Source of the DNA: Candidatus Hydrogenedentota bacterium
Lineage (GTDB): Bacteria > Hydrogenedentota > Hydrogenedentia > Hydrogenedentales > SLHB01
Assembly (NCBI GenBank): GCA_963745075.1
Contig: CAVUWV010000014.1
Span: forward strand, 96,001 to 160,000
Length of the DNA: 64,000 bases
Direction: 5' to 3'
The notes below the pieces were generated by a model. It was not told the origin of the DNA. It did not search any database and saw only the letters and a program-made list of their open reading frames with translations. Positions 10,562-20,447 of the stretch are shown piece after piece. The stretch's first letter is position 1; the number at the start of each line of letters is the position of its first letter. A program made the position numbers and the translations under genes.

Positions 10562-11269
10562 TCAGCGGGGGAAGAATCCGAAGGCCAGCCCAAACCCCAC
10601 ACAGGCAGCAAACAGGAGCGCGGCACACGCGGCCGTTGTGGAAAGCAACCGCCAACGGTCGAGCAAGGGAAGTACCGCATAGCCCATGCCATAGGCAATA
10701 GGCACGAACGCCGGGATCGCCCACCAATCCATGGGCGACGTGTCATAACGCCACATGCCAGCCCAGACGAAGAGATTCTCGCCGGCGAGTCCCATGCCAA
10801 ACGCGGTGAACCCGACCACCGCCATGGCCGTGCGTTTCCCGTATCCCATCGCGGCCAAGCGGTGGCTGAGATAATAGAGATGCGTGGACGCCTGCCAGCC
10901 GATGAGGATGCAATAGAGCGGCGTGTACCAGATCGTAAATCCAGGTGCGAGATACTCACCCCACCAACCAAGCGTCGCCGTCACAATCCCTTCGCCGACC
11001 GGCCACGCAAACCCGATGATCGCGCCGAAGATTAGCGCGTCGCGCAGGAGGCGGTCGCGCCGCAATGCCCATGCGATTTGAATCATTAACGGAATTGCGC
11101 ACGCCGCCTGGCACACCCCCACCGACTGCCACCAGCAATTCCCAATGAATGCCGCCAGCGCCGCGTGGTTTGTGACCATCACGACGGTATCTGTGCGGTT
11201 CCAGCTTCTACGAATCCGTTGCCAATGCTTGCGCATGGGGCACATCGTACCATGCGGGACGAATATCAA
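10562..11269 (-). CDS. Hypothetical integral membrane protein
   Basis: 235-aa ORF with 6-7 TM segments and internally repeated E...GWW.Y / E...GMW.Y motif; start uncertain. Confidence 0.65.
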   Translation of the reverse strand: MIFVPHGTMCPMRKHWQRIRRSWNRTDTVVMVTNHAALAAFIGNCWWQSVGVCQAACAIPLMIQIAWALRRDRLLRDALIFGAIIGFAWPVGEGIVTATLGWWGEYLAPGFTIWYTPLYCILIGWQASTHLYYLSHRLAAMGYGKRTAMAVVGFTAFGMGLAGENLFVWAGMWRYDTSPMDWWAIPAFVPIAYGMGYAVLPLLDRWRLLSTTAACAALLFAACVGFGLAFGFFPR

Positions 11270-11293
11270 CGTTCGTCTGAATCGACCCGCGCA

Positions 11294-12223
11294 TCAGCAC
11301 GTCACATTCTTCCCTTCATGCCCGAATAGGGCAAGGCGGTCTTCGTCCCCCGTTTCAACGGCGGACGCGGGAATGAAGTGGTACTGCAACGCCCACCGGT
11401 AGTTTTCACTTCGGTTGACGGGCGTTCCGTGGGGGAGTTTGGAGTCGAAGAACAGCACGTCGCCCGCCTGCGCCGGTACCGCTGTCTGCGTGCGCCTCAC
11501 CGCGTCTTCGTCGCAGATCTGCCAGTCTCTTCGCCGCCAATGGACCTGCGGTCCATCGAGATGCGCGCCCGCCAGGACATGCATGCAGCCATTCTCCCGC
11601 GTCGCCTCGCCCAGGGAAATCCACGTGCCGACAATATTCGTGTCCAGCGGATAATTGAAATAGGCGTGATCCTGATGCCACGGCTTCTCGCGGCCCTGCG
11701 GCGGTTTGACCATCGCCATTTCCTGCAGCACGGCCGACCGTTCGCCGATCAACATCTCGACTACACACACCAACTCCGGTTTCTCCAGCATCGCGCGGAG
11801 TGGGGGATGATGCTCCGCGAACTGGTTGAACTTTCGCACGTATTTGGCCCGTTCTTCACCGGAAAGGATCGGCATGGACTCGCCGGTCTGGCCCAATGAG
11901 AGGTCTTCGATCTGCCCTGTCTCGCCGTGGCGCTTCCCGTCGGGAAGCCGCCCCGCAATTGCGTCACGGATCGTGCCTTCGAACCAGACCCCTTCGCACT
12001 GGGGATCGTCGGCACGGACCATGGCCTCCAACTCCGCCAGCGCCGCCGCCACTTCGTCCTGCGTAAACAGACCGCGCACGACGAGGTATCCCTCATCCCG
12101 GAACTGCTCCGCGTGGTCGTCCGTGACTGCGTCGAAACCCTGAATTCCCGCTGCGACCGCATCGGCGCGATATAGATTGGGATCGTGGTCCTCGACTTTG
12201 GTTTCCAGAATGACCCGCGTCAT
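11294..12223 (-). CDS. Phytanoyl-CoA dioxygenase (PhyH) family Fe(II)/2-oxoglutarate dioxygenase
   Basis: KPWHQD, ATRENGCMHVLAGAH, AGDVLFFDSKLPHGT, RWAL. Confidence 0.88.
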   Translation of the reverse strand: MTRVILETKVEDHDPNLYRADAVAAGIQGFDAVTDDHAEQFRDEGYLVVRGLFTQDEVAAALAELEAMVRADDPQCEGVWFEGTIRDAIAGRLPDGKRHGETGQIEDLSLGQTGESMPILSGEERAKYVRKFNQFAEHHPPLRAMLEKPELVCVVEMLIGERSAVLQEMAMVKPPQGREKPWHQDHAYFNYPLDTNIVGTWISLGEATRENGCMHVLAGAHLDGPQVHWRRRDWQICDEDAVRRTQTAVPAQAGDVLFFDSKLPHGTPVNRSENYRWALQYHFIPASAVETGDEDRLALFGHEGKNVTC

Positions 12224-12362
12224 GATGCAGTACTCCCGATTCGTCGAAGAAGTGTTGCCTTGCTGTGCTCGTCTGGTGGCCCGCAGTTGGACTAACCAAT
12301 TATGGGTACCACCCGAGTCGGCGTTCAAGACCCCGCGCTTGCAGAAAGCTATGTCGTGCCAA

Positions 12363-12493
12363 CACTGGGAGCGCCAGGCACCAGCCTGGCGGGGTTCGGA
12401 GCGTTTACTCGCTGCGATAAACCAACTACGATTGCACAGCCTCGTTGGATTCGCTCCGACTTTTCGCCAGGCTGGTGCCTGGCGCTCCCAGTG
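12363..12493. mobile_element. ~131-bp MITE/REPIN-like element, copy 1
   Basis: Perfect 29-bp terminal inverted repeats CACTGGGAGCGCCAGGCACCAGCCTGGCG; homologous along its length to 56078-56208. Confidence 0.8.
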
Positions 12494-12593
12494 ATTGTCC
12501 TAAGTGATTTCCCTGAACAATCAACCTGATTTGTCCACTCCATGCACAAGTGCTAATATCCCGCAATGCACGCAAGGTTAAGGGTCGTCCCCG

Positions 12594-13484
12594 TTGAGGA
12601 GATTGCCGCCATTGTCCAATGAACCCGTAATTCGCACCATGACCCGGGCCGAGATCGACGCATTGGTCGGCTGGGCGGCGCAAGAAGGGTGGAACCCCGG
12701 TCTCCACGATGCCGACGTATTCTGGGCCACCGATCCCGAGGCGTTTATTGCATCGGAACTGGACGGCGAGATGATTGGCGGCGGAGCCATCACGTCTTAC
12801 AATGGCGAATTCGGCTTCATGGGGTTCTTCATCATGCGGCCCGAATTCCGCGGCCGGGGGCTGGGCAATGCACTCTGGCATGCCCGTCGCGAACGGCTCC
12901 TCGCGCGCTTGCGCCCCGGCGCAGCCATTGGTATGGACGGCGTCTTCGCGATGCAGGACTACTACGCCAAGGGCGGCTTCGTCTTCTCCCACCGCAACAT
13001 GCGTTTTCAAGCCGAGATCCCCGAGCATCCGGAACCGGCGCCGGTGGACGGCGAAGACATCATTCCGCTGAACAATGTTCCCTTCGACGAGGTTCTCGAA
13101 TACGACCGCACCTGTTTCCCCGCCCCGCGTCCGACGTTCCTAAAGAAGTGGATTTCCCTGCCCGAATCGCTCGCTCTCGCGTGCCAACGCGATGGAAAGC
13201 TGAGCGGATTCGGCATGGTGCGGCGCTGTCGAATCGGGTGTAAGATTGGCCCCCTGTTTGTGGACGACGCCGAGGTGGCGGAAGCCTTGTTCGCGCGCTT
13301 GTCGCCGTTCGCTGCGGGTGGCCCCGTGTTTCTGGATGCCCCCGAGAACAATCCCGCCGCAATCGAGTTCGTGCACCGGCACGAGATGGTCGAGGTGTTC
13401 GGCTGCGCGCGCATGTATCTCGGTCCACCGCCCGATCTCGCGCACGACCGCATCTTCGGCGTCACGACCTTCGAGCTGGGCTGA
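12594..13484 (+). CDS. GNAT family N-acetyltransferase (YitH-like, two-domain)
   Basis: [15 protein letters not shown] acetyl-CoA motif, YAKGGF, KIGPLF; start may be slightly downstream. Confidence 0.85.
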   Translation: MRRLPPLSNEPVIRTMTRAEIDALVGWAAQEGWNPGLHDADVFWATDPEAFIASELDGEMIGGGAITSYNGEFGFMGFFIMRPEFRGRGLGNALWHARRERLLARLRPGAAIGMDGVFAMQDYYAKGGFVFSHRNMRFQAEIPEHPEPAPVDGEDIIPLNNVPFDEVLEYDRTCFPAPRPTFLKKWISLPESLALACQRDGKLSGFGMVRRCRIGCKIGPLFVDDAEVAEALFARLSPFAAGGPVFLDAPENNPAAIEFVHRHEMVEVFGCARMYLGPPPDLAHDRIFGVTTFELG

Positions 13485-14377
13485 TGTCCGAGCGCGATCT
13501 AGCCGGTTACGGCGGTAGCCCGCCCCATCCGCGTTGGCCGGGTGACGCACGCGTTGCAGTTCAGTTCGTGCTCAACATCGAAGAAGGCGCGGAGTCGTGC
13601 ATCCTTAACGGCGATGCGCAGTCCGAGACCTACCTGCACGAGCTGCCAGGCCGCCCGGCGCGCGCGGGAGAACGGGACCTCGGCGTCGAGAGCATGTATG
13701 AGTACGGGTCGCGTGCGGGCGTGTGGCGTATTCTGGATCTGTTCAACGCCCGCGATCTGCCGCTGACCGCCTTCGCCGTCGGCCAAGCACTGGAACTCAA
13801 TCGTGCGATTGGCGCAGCGCTTCGAGATGCCGGGCACGAGGTCGCAGGGCATGGCTATCGTTGGATTGATTACCACCAAGTCCCCGAAGACGAAGAATTG
13901 CTGCACATCCAACGCACCATCGAGGTTATTGAACGAATCTGCGGCAAGCGCCCCGTTGGCTGGTACACGGGCCGGGTCAGTCCGAACACGCGTCGCCTGC
14001 TAGGAGAGATCGGCGGGTTTCGCTACGACTCCGACGCCTACAACGACGACCTGCCCTATTGGCTCCCCGGATCGCCTCCACACCTCGTGATCCCGTATAC
14101 GCTGGTCAACAACGACGCGCGCTATCTCTTGCCCAACGGCTTTTCCTCCGGCGAAGACTTCTACCAACACCTCAAAGATGCCTTCGACCTGCTCTGGCAG
14201 GAAGGCGCGCACTACCCCAAGATGATAAGCGTCGGCCTCCACGGCCGGATCAGCGGTCACCCCGCCCGCGCCATGGCGCTCGCCCGCTTCCTCGATTACG
14301 TGCAAGGCCACGACTCGGTGTGGATCTGTCGCCGCGAACAGATCGCCAAGCACTGGTTGGCCGAACACCCGGCCTAG
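13484..14377 (+). CDS. puuE: Allantoinase PuuE (polysaccharide deacetylase family)
   Basis: [50 protein letters not shown]; start overlaps GNAT stop. Confidence 0.85.
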   Translation: MSERDLAGYGGSPPHPRWPGDARVAVQFVLNIEEGAESCILNGDAQSETYLHELPGRPARAGERDLGVESMYEYGSRAGVWRILDLFNARDLPLTAFAVGQALELNRAIGAALRDAGHEVAGHGYRWIDYHQVPEDEELLHIQRTIEVIERICGKRPVGWYTGRVSPNTRRLLGEIGGFRYDSDAYNDDLPYWLPGSPPHLVIPYTLVNNDARYLLPNGFSSGEDFYQHLKDAFDLLWQEGAHYPKMISVGLHGRISGHPARAMALARFLDYVQGHDSVWICRREQIAKHWLAEHPA

Positions 14378-14477
14378 CAGCAGGTTTGGGTCGGTTCTTG
14401 GTTGCAGGTCGTTCCGGCGCTATCATCGACACAAAGGGTGAGCGTATTATCGTCCGGATCGTCTGCGAGGAGTATCT

Positions 14478-15936
14478 ATGTTACGTCGCCGGGAGTTTTT
14501 GAAAGGTTTGTTGGCAGGAACCGCCGCGGTTGCCACGGGATCATTCACCGGCTGCGCGACCGTTTCGCGCCCGCGCCAGTCGCGTCCCAACATTCTCTTC
14601 ATTGTCGCCGACGACATGGGGCCGTGGGCGTGGGGGTACGGGGGACATCCGGACGCGCGGACGCCGAACATCGACCGGTTGCGCAAGAGCGGCGCGAACC
14701 TGACCAACTACTTCGTGACCACACCCGTGTGCAGTCCGGCGCGGGCGAGCCTGTTTACCAGCCGCTACCCCTCCGAACTCGGCATAATCGACTACCTGAG
14801 TCCAAGCATCGATCCCAGCATTGGGCTCGATCCCAATCTGCCGACCTTTCCGGGGCTGCTCGATAAAGCGGGTTACGACTCCGCCTTCTTCGGCAAGTGG
14901 CACGTGGGGAAGGCGGAACCCCATCTTCCGCAACAGTTCGGCTACGACGTATTCAAAGGGATGGCGGCAAGGCGCGGAGATTTCGAAAGACCCGCTCGTC
15001 GAGATTGACGGTGTCGAACGGCGCGTCAAAGGGTATTCGCCGGACATCATCACGGGCTACGCCATCGACTATCTCCGGGAGGAACGCACAAAACCGTTTC
15101 TGCTTTCCCTCCATTTCTTCGCGCCCCACGCGAATACGGAAAACCGTTCGCCCGACGGGGATCGCACGTGGCTCCCGCTGAGCGATGCGGATTGGGAACC
15201 CTTCAAGGATCTTGAACCGACCTTCCCGCAGCCGCAACATCCGAAGCTGGACATCCCGCGCGCCACGCGCATGACCCGCGAATACCTCGCCAGCGTGCAT
15301 GCCGTAGATCGCAACGTGGGGAAGGTGTTGGATACCCTCGAAGCGCAAGGTCTCGCCGACAATACGATCGTCGTCTTCACGTCCGACCACGGGTTTAATA
15401 TGGCCCACCACGGCATTTGGCACAAGGCCAACGGCCGGTGGCTCCTCATCGACAACCAGGGAAACCGTCCGAATCTCTGGGACACCTCCATGCGCGCCCC
15501 GGCCATCGTCCGCTGGCCATCGCACATCCGGCCCGGCAGCACGGTGAACCACACCACGTCCAACCTCGATTGGCTCCCCACGTTAATGGCGATGACGGGC
15601 CTCCCGCTTCCCAACGACGCCATCGTGCGCGGGCACGACATCCTGCCGTTGTTGCAGGGTCGCTCGCCCCGTTGGAACGACGACTACTTTGGACAGTTCC
15701 ACCAATGGCCCAGTCGGGGCACGGACGTCAACATGCGCGTGTACCGCACGCCGGAATGGAAACTCATCCGCGACCTCACGCGAACCGGCGCGGACGAGTT
15801 GTACCATCTCGAAACCGACCCCGACGAGTGGCAGAACCTGATCCACTCCAGAGATCCCGTCGTCGTCCGCCAGCGCGACATCCTCGACCAAGAACTGCGC
15901 GAGGCGATGCGAGAAATTGGGGATGATGGGGCTTAG
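14478..15936 (+). CDS. Tat-exported formylglycine-dependent sulfatase split by a +1 frameshift near 14960
   Basis: RRREFLK Tat motif, RPNILFIVADD, CSPARAS, GKWH in the first frame; FTSDHG etc. in the second; deleting one G in AAAGGGATGG restores K-G-W-R. Confidence 0.85.
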
Positions 15937-16027
15937 ATTATGGGGAGGAAAGTCTGTGGCATTTTTACGGCTTGATTGCAGGCACCGTGACTGCGGTTCG
16001 AAATCCGAACGGAACTCCGGAGTGAAT

Positions 16028-17321
16028 ATGATCAGCAATGTAGCGCAGGCGTCTCGCCTGCATCTTGTCGAGCTTGAAACCGAAACCTTGCAGGCGAGAC
16101 GCCTGCGCTACATTTCCATCTTCGCGTGGACGCTAATGGCCATGTTGCTCACGGTGCTGCTTATCGTGCCCGTCCAAGCCGAAGCAGCCGAAACCGCGCC
16201 TGTCAAAGCCGTCCCGAAAGCGGGCAAGACCGTCGATCCGCCGCTTTCGGAGGACCTCCCCGAGGCGGCGTTGTCCGTGCCGGTGCTGGGTTCCATTGAC
16301 TGGCACACGGCCGAGTTGCCGTGGGTGGGGCCGGGGCCGGACGCGGGCATCAGCGGTGTGGGCATGGTTGTCGTCGAGGACCGGATCTATGTTATCGGCG
16401 GATTCATCCCCGGCGGCGACGAGACGGAAGACGCGGCCAGCCGCCGGACTTCGCGCTGGACGTGGCGGTACGACCCGTCAACGGGAGAAATGGGAACGCC
16501 TCGCCGACGCGCCCGTGCGCCGCGAGTACACCCGCGCCATCGCGGCGGACAACAGCATCTTCCTCGTGGGCGGCGCCTGCCAGTACAAAGGGCAGGACCC
16601 GCCGTACCGCGTTCATGGGGACTGCGTTCGCCTCGACCTCTCCGAAGACCCGCCCGCCTGGCACGCGCACAGCCAGCTCAACGTGCCGCGCACGCACATG
16701 GCCGTCGGGCACGCCGGGGACTACCTGATCGTCGCGGGCGGCAACGAATACGACTTCGCCGAGGGCGGGTACAGCCACCAGACCATTCGCGGCACCACCG
16801 AAGTCTTCGATCTGACGCATCCCGACAAGGGTTGGCAAGTCAAGACGCCCATCCCCGGCGCCGCCCGCGGGTGGACCGCGTCCCTGGTTGCTGAGGGAAA
16901 ACTCTATCTCTTTGGTGGGATCACCTGGTCGGAATCGAACGCGATCGTCGCCACGCGGGAAACACTCCGGTACGATCCCAACACAGATACCTGGCAACAA
17001 CTCGCCCCGCCGCCCCTGCCCATGTCTGCATGGGAAGGCGCCGTCTACCACGGCCGCTACGCCATCCTCGTCGGCGGCGTCGTCCGCAACGGCGAAGACG
17101 CGCCCAAGCCCATCGTTTGGTCCGACCTCGCCTGGGCCTACGACCTCAACGAGAACCACTGGTACCGCATGGACGGCGCCCTGCCCCCCGGCGCCGTCTT
17201 CAACGACCCCGGTGTCGCCATTATCGGCGACACCATCTACGTCCTCGGCGCCGAAGGCCCGTATGGGAGTCACTACAACTATTTCTTGTCCGGGCGGATC
17301 GCTATCAGATATCCGAAATAG
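16028..17321 (+). CDS. Exported Kelch-repeat beta-propeller protein split by a +1 frameshift near 16490
   Basis: IYVIGG, IFLVGG, LIVAGG, LYLFGG, ILVGG, IYVLG repeats; deleting one A in GGAGAAATGG restores T-G-E-W-E-R. Confidence 0.8.
16037..16114. repeat. REP-like palindrome pair (AATGTAGCGCAGGCGTCTCGCCTGCA family)
   Basis: Perfect 26-bp inverted repeat with 26-nt spacer; single copies at 20093-20124 and 33562-33589. Confidence 0.85.
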
Positions 17322-17689
17322 CCTTAACGGAAGTCAGGACAGTTGGTTTAGCCATTGAGAATCGTAAGCGTCCTGTGAACGGGATCTTACCCCTTTTCCT
17401 GGATCATGGGAGACAATAGCGCAGTTCGGCTGCGTTCGCAGTCCGCAATCTGCAGTCGCCATTTCTTATGAAAAACCTTGCTTCCATCTATGGCGGTATA
17501 GGTGTATACTACCTCTACCCAGTACACTGGTTGCCATCGGGCAGAACTATCCTGTGGTGGGAGCACTGGAAAGATTCGCCAGGTCGGTGGAATGGGGCCA
17601 CGGTTTAAGGGGAGTGACCGCGTACTCATATTAGCGAAAAATCTGTCGGGAGGCAATACTGTGATCGCGACGAAAAACCATACCTTTCA

Positions 17690-18142
17690 TTGCACGTTTC
17701 TTTCCTTCATGTAATTATCCCAATAGTATTTGGGGGAATAATCTATCTTCTCTTTCGGCGCGACTCTTTGTTGATGTTTCGCTGGGTGGACGCACTTGGG
17801 GCACAACCGATTCTCAATGAGGCGCGAAGCCACTTAAAGTCGTTCGGCACCGTCACTACCCAATGGTTTCTTTATTCCCTGCCCGACGGGTTGTGGGTCT
17901 ATTCCTGCACTGCCTACATGATTCTTGTCTGGGATAGGAGATTGTCGTTACAGAGCCTGCTCTGGTTGGTGTTGCCAATTTCACTCGCTGCTGGCGGTGA
18001 AATGGGACAAGCACTGGGTATCGTTCCCGGTACCTACGACGAGATAGACCTTACACTCTGCTTCCTCGGGGCGACCGCTCCGTTCGTATTCCTGATTCAA
18101 ATTCCGCTTGTAGAGACACAAATCCAGAGGAAAATGACATGA
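17690..18142 (+). CDS. Hypothetical membrane protein
   Basis: About 4 TM segments, FLYSLPDGLWVYS; start uncertain; lower-GC region. Confidence 0.6.
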   Translation: MHVSFLHVIIPIVFGGIIYLLFRRDSLLMFRWVDALGAQPILNEARSHLKSFGTVTTQWFLYSLPDGLWVYSCTAYMILVWDRRLSLQSLLWLVLPISLAAGGEMGQALGIVPGTYDEIDLTLCFLGATAPFVFLIQIPLVETQIQRKMT

Positions 18143-18561
18143 AAACCAAAATAGCCACTAGGCATGCCGCCTCACTCGCGGGCTTGCTTGTGTCCGTAAT
18201 TTTGGCCGTTGGGAGTGTGGACGGTTCGTCCAGTTCTTCAAACTATTCCCACCCAAGTAACGTGTCAAACGACTCGGCGAAAGACCAGTGGTTTCAAGGA
18301 GGTTCTCTACACAGCGCTACTGTTGGCGAATGGAAGCGCGCGACATATCAGAACAAATTAGCGACTGCTTCGGACTGGCTCGCCGCCACAAAGTGGAAGG
18401 GACACCTAAACTCGCCCCAGGACTTTGACAAAATCAAGGTTAAGGCTCAGATGCTTGTAAGTGCGGTAGACGAAGTTGTCACGGTGAAGGATACAGACTC
18501 ATTGCAAGTGAACGAGATCGCCGCGGCAATCGTCACTATGAGTAATGATCTTGGACCATGA
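18139..18561 (+). CDS. Hypothetical exported protein
   Basis: ATGA overlap with upstream gene, GAGG RBS, signal-like N-terminus, Ser-rich linker. Confidence 0.65.
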   Translation: MKTKIATRHAASLAGLLVSVILAVGSVDGSSSSSNYSHPSNVSNDSAKDQWFQGGSLHSATVGEWKRATYQNKLATASDWLAATKWKGHLNSPQDFDKIKVKAQMLVSAVDEVVTVKDTDSLQVNEIAAAIVTMSNDLGP

Positions 18562-18589
18562 GATCAGCTAGGCCACGACAGGTGTTTCC

Positions 18590-19687
18590 ATGATAGAAAT
18601 CAACTGCTCCAATTGTAGCACGCGCCTCGTAATTCCCGATCAGTTTGCTGGGCGGACCGGCAAGTGTAACCATTGCGGGGCCAAGGTGGTGGTCCCCCCA
18701 ATAGCCGTGGTTCGAGAAGACAAGGTTAGTCCGCAGAAGGCAATTTCACGCTACGTGGCTGTTGCCCGTGTGCCGGGTAAGTGGCTGGTCGTTATTGCCG
18801 GAGCGATTTTGGCTTTAGCCATCGTTTTGCTTGTTTCCCGATCACCCGGAGACTCCAGTCAGACAGTCCCGAAACCTACATTTGAACATAGTGAGCCCGT
18901 CAACGTAGAACCCGAGAACGGGCGGACCAAAGTTGTTACTTGTGACACCTTTGAGATTGCGGCTGAACTCCGAGGAGATGAATTGTCGTTTCATCTGGAA
19001 ACGGATCTTCCTGATACTGCCGACATCATGGCTGATGTTAGCCGTGTCTATTTCGAGAAAGGCAAACCCGGAACCGCCTATTCGCGAGAATACTTTAGCC
19101 AGAAAGCAAAGGTCGCCGATTGGCGAACGGAGAACACATGTTCTATCGCGGACAACGTCTTCATGGAATCTCTTCAAGAACAGATGAACAAGATGGCTTC
19201 GATCGGCATGCCTTTTGAAGTAGCGAGCATTTCGGACGAAATCGAAGTTTCCTTTGTCCTGCCAATTAATCAGAGCGATCCGGTTTTTGGCGACAGTAAT
19301 GCCAATCTCCACGGTCGCATGGTTCCTGAATCGGGGCTGAAGAGCATCCGAGTCGAGAAACAGATTCACCGGCCGCTGAACCCGACGAAAGCGGAATTGC
19401 CGCAAGCCAAGATGGCATACCGTGATAAACTTGAAATTGGCTCATCCTACCGACTTTCTGGCGAAACGCCACTCATGCCCGAGTTTGAACCGGCGGATCC
19501 TCTCTCTGCAATCACTCGGATGACTTCGCTGCCGGCTACTTCCACCATAGTTGTTCGGGAGCGGCGGGAGAAGCGTGGAACTCCATGGTACCGAGCCGAG
19601 GCATATGGGCCGGGTGGCAACCGAATTGGCCAGGGGTGGATAAACTCGGGTGCCCTAATCGGCCAGATAATAACGATAGCTGAATAG
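18590..19687 (+). CDS. Zinc-ribbon-containing single-pass membrane protein
   Basis: N-terminal CSNC...CNHC, one TM, large extracytoplasmic domain. Confidence 0.7.
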   Translation: MIEINCSNCSTRLVIPDQFAGRTGKCNHCGAKVVVPPIAVVREDKVSPQKAISRYVAVARVPGKWLVVIAGAILALAIVLLVSRSPGDSSQTVPKPTFEHSEPVNVEPENGRTKVVTCDTFEIAAELRGDELSFHLETDLPDTADIMADVSRVYFEKGKPGTAYSREYFSQKAKVADWRTENTCSIADNVFMESLQEQMNKMASIGMPFEVASISDEIEVSFVLPINQSDPVFGDSNANLHGRMVPESGLKSIRVEKQIHRPLNPTKAELPQAKMAYRDKLEIGSSYRLSGETPLMPEFEPADPLSAITRMTSLPATSTIVVRERREKRGTPWYRAEAYGPGGNRIGQGWINSGALIGQIITIAE

Positions 19688-19714
19688 GTAGAGCACTCGA
19701 TATGGCGGCAACGA

Positions 19715-19861
19715 ATCATGGCGAGGGGTCTCGTGGGAGTGACGGTCCCTTCGAGAAGTCCGTTTGTCAGATACGAGTCCAGTTCAGCGCTCATCACCGG
19801 CCTATAGCTGGGTCCGAAGGCCAAGAAGGCTCTCAGAAGACGACGCAGGAGACGACAATGA
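19715..19861 (+). pseudogene. Decayed 3' remnant of a small toxin-like gene
   Basis: Broken frames give GEGSR...ALIT(AY)...LGPKAKKALRRRRRRRQ*; stop overlaps next ATG (ATGA). Confidence 0.5.
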
Positions 19862-20061
19862 ACGAGAACCGCTATCCAGAAGGATGGGACGAGGAGCGCG
19901 TCCGGCGGGTGTTGGAGCACTACACGGGCCAATCCGACGAAGAAGCCGTGGCGGAGGACGAGGCCGCGTTTGAAGTGCCCGAGCACACCGCCGTTGAGAT
20001 CCCCGTCGAACTACTTCCCGCTGTTCGCGACCTTGTCGCGAAACATGGAAGAGATGTCTAG
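19858..20061 (+). CDS. Small acidic antitoxin-like protein (67 aa)
   Basis: MNENRYPEGWDEERVRRVLEHY...EEAVAEDEAAFE...VEIPVELLPAVRDLVAKH; AGGAG RBS. Confidence 0.7.
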   Translation: MNENRYPEGWDEERVRRVLEHYTGQSDEEAVAEDEAAFEVPEHTAVEIPVELLPAVRDLVAKHGRDV

Positions 20062-20204
20062 CACTTCGCTGCCGAGCGGCCATGCGACGCTAAATGTAGC
20101 GCAGGCGTCCCCGCCTGCATCTTGCTGATATCTTGCGGTTGTCCGATCATCTACCATCGAGTACCATTCACACTTGGATACACCAAAATGCAGATTGGCG
20201 AACT

Positions 20205-20400
20205 TTTGGAGTGCGGCTGCTTTTGTTGAAACCGTCCCGTTGAGCCGAAGTACTTCGATGGGTCCCAGGGAACGGGGAGGAATCATGTGCGAGGTTTACG
20301 TTTACGCCTACTGCACGTCTTCGTAGCCCCGTGTCGCAAGCAAGGTTGGGTCGCGCGAGTCTTACCCAGGAAAAGCGGCCGCAAGCGGCCGCACTCCAAA
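20205..20400. repeat. REP-like inverted pair (TTTGGAGTGCGGC ... GCCGCACTCCAAA)
   Basis: 13-bp inverted repeats at 20205-20217 and 20388-20400; right arm has internal palindrome GCGGCCGCAAGCGGCCGC. Confidence 0.55.
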
Positions 20401-20447
20401 GCAATCCAAACGGAAGCGCATCGCAAATCTATTTGAGGGAAACATCG

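Noticed and set aside
12530..12600. Purine/guanidine-type riboswitch upstream of GNAT-puuE
   Set aside because: Could not match the conserved cores of ykkC, NMT1 or purine riboswitches by eye
14950..14970. Programmed ribosomal frameshifting in the sulfatase, Kelch or GH130 genes
   Set aside because: No shared slippery heptamer or stimulatory structure; single homopolymer insertions explain all three
17502..17714. 70-aa ORF upstream of the islet membrane gene
   Set aside because: No RBS or motif; its last codons may belong to a frameshifted start of the next gene, which cannot be resolved here
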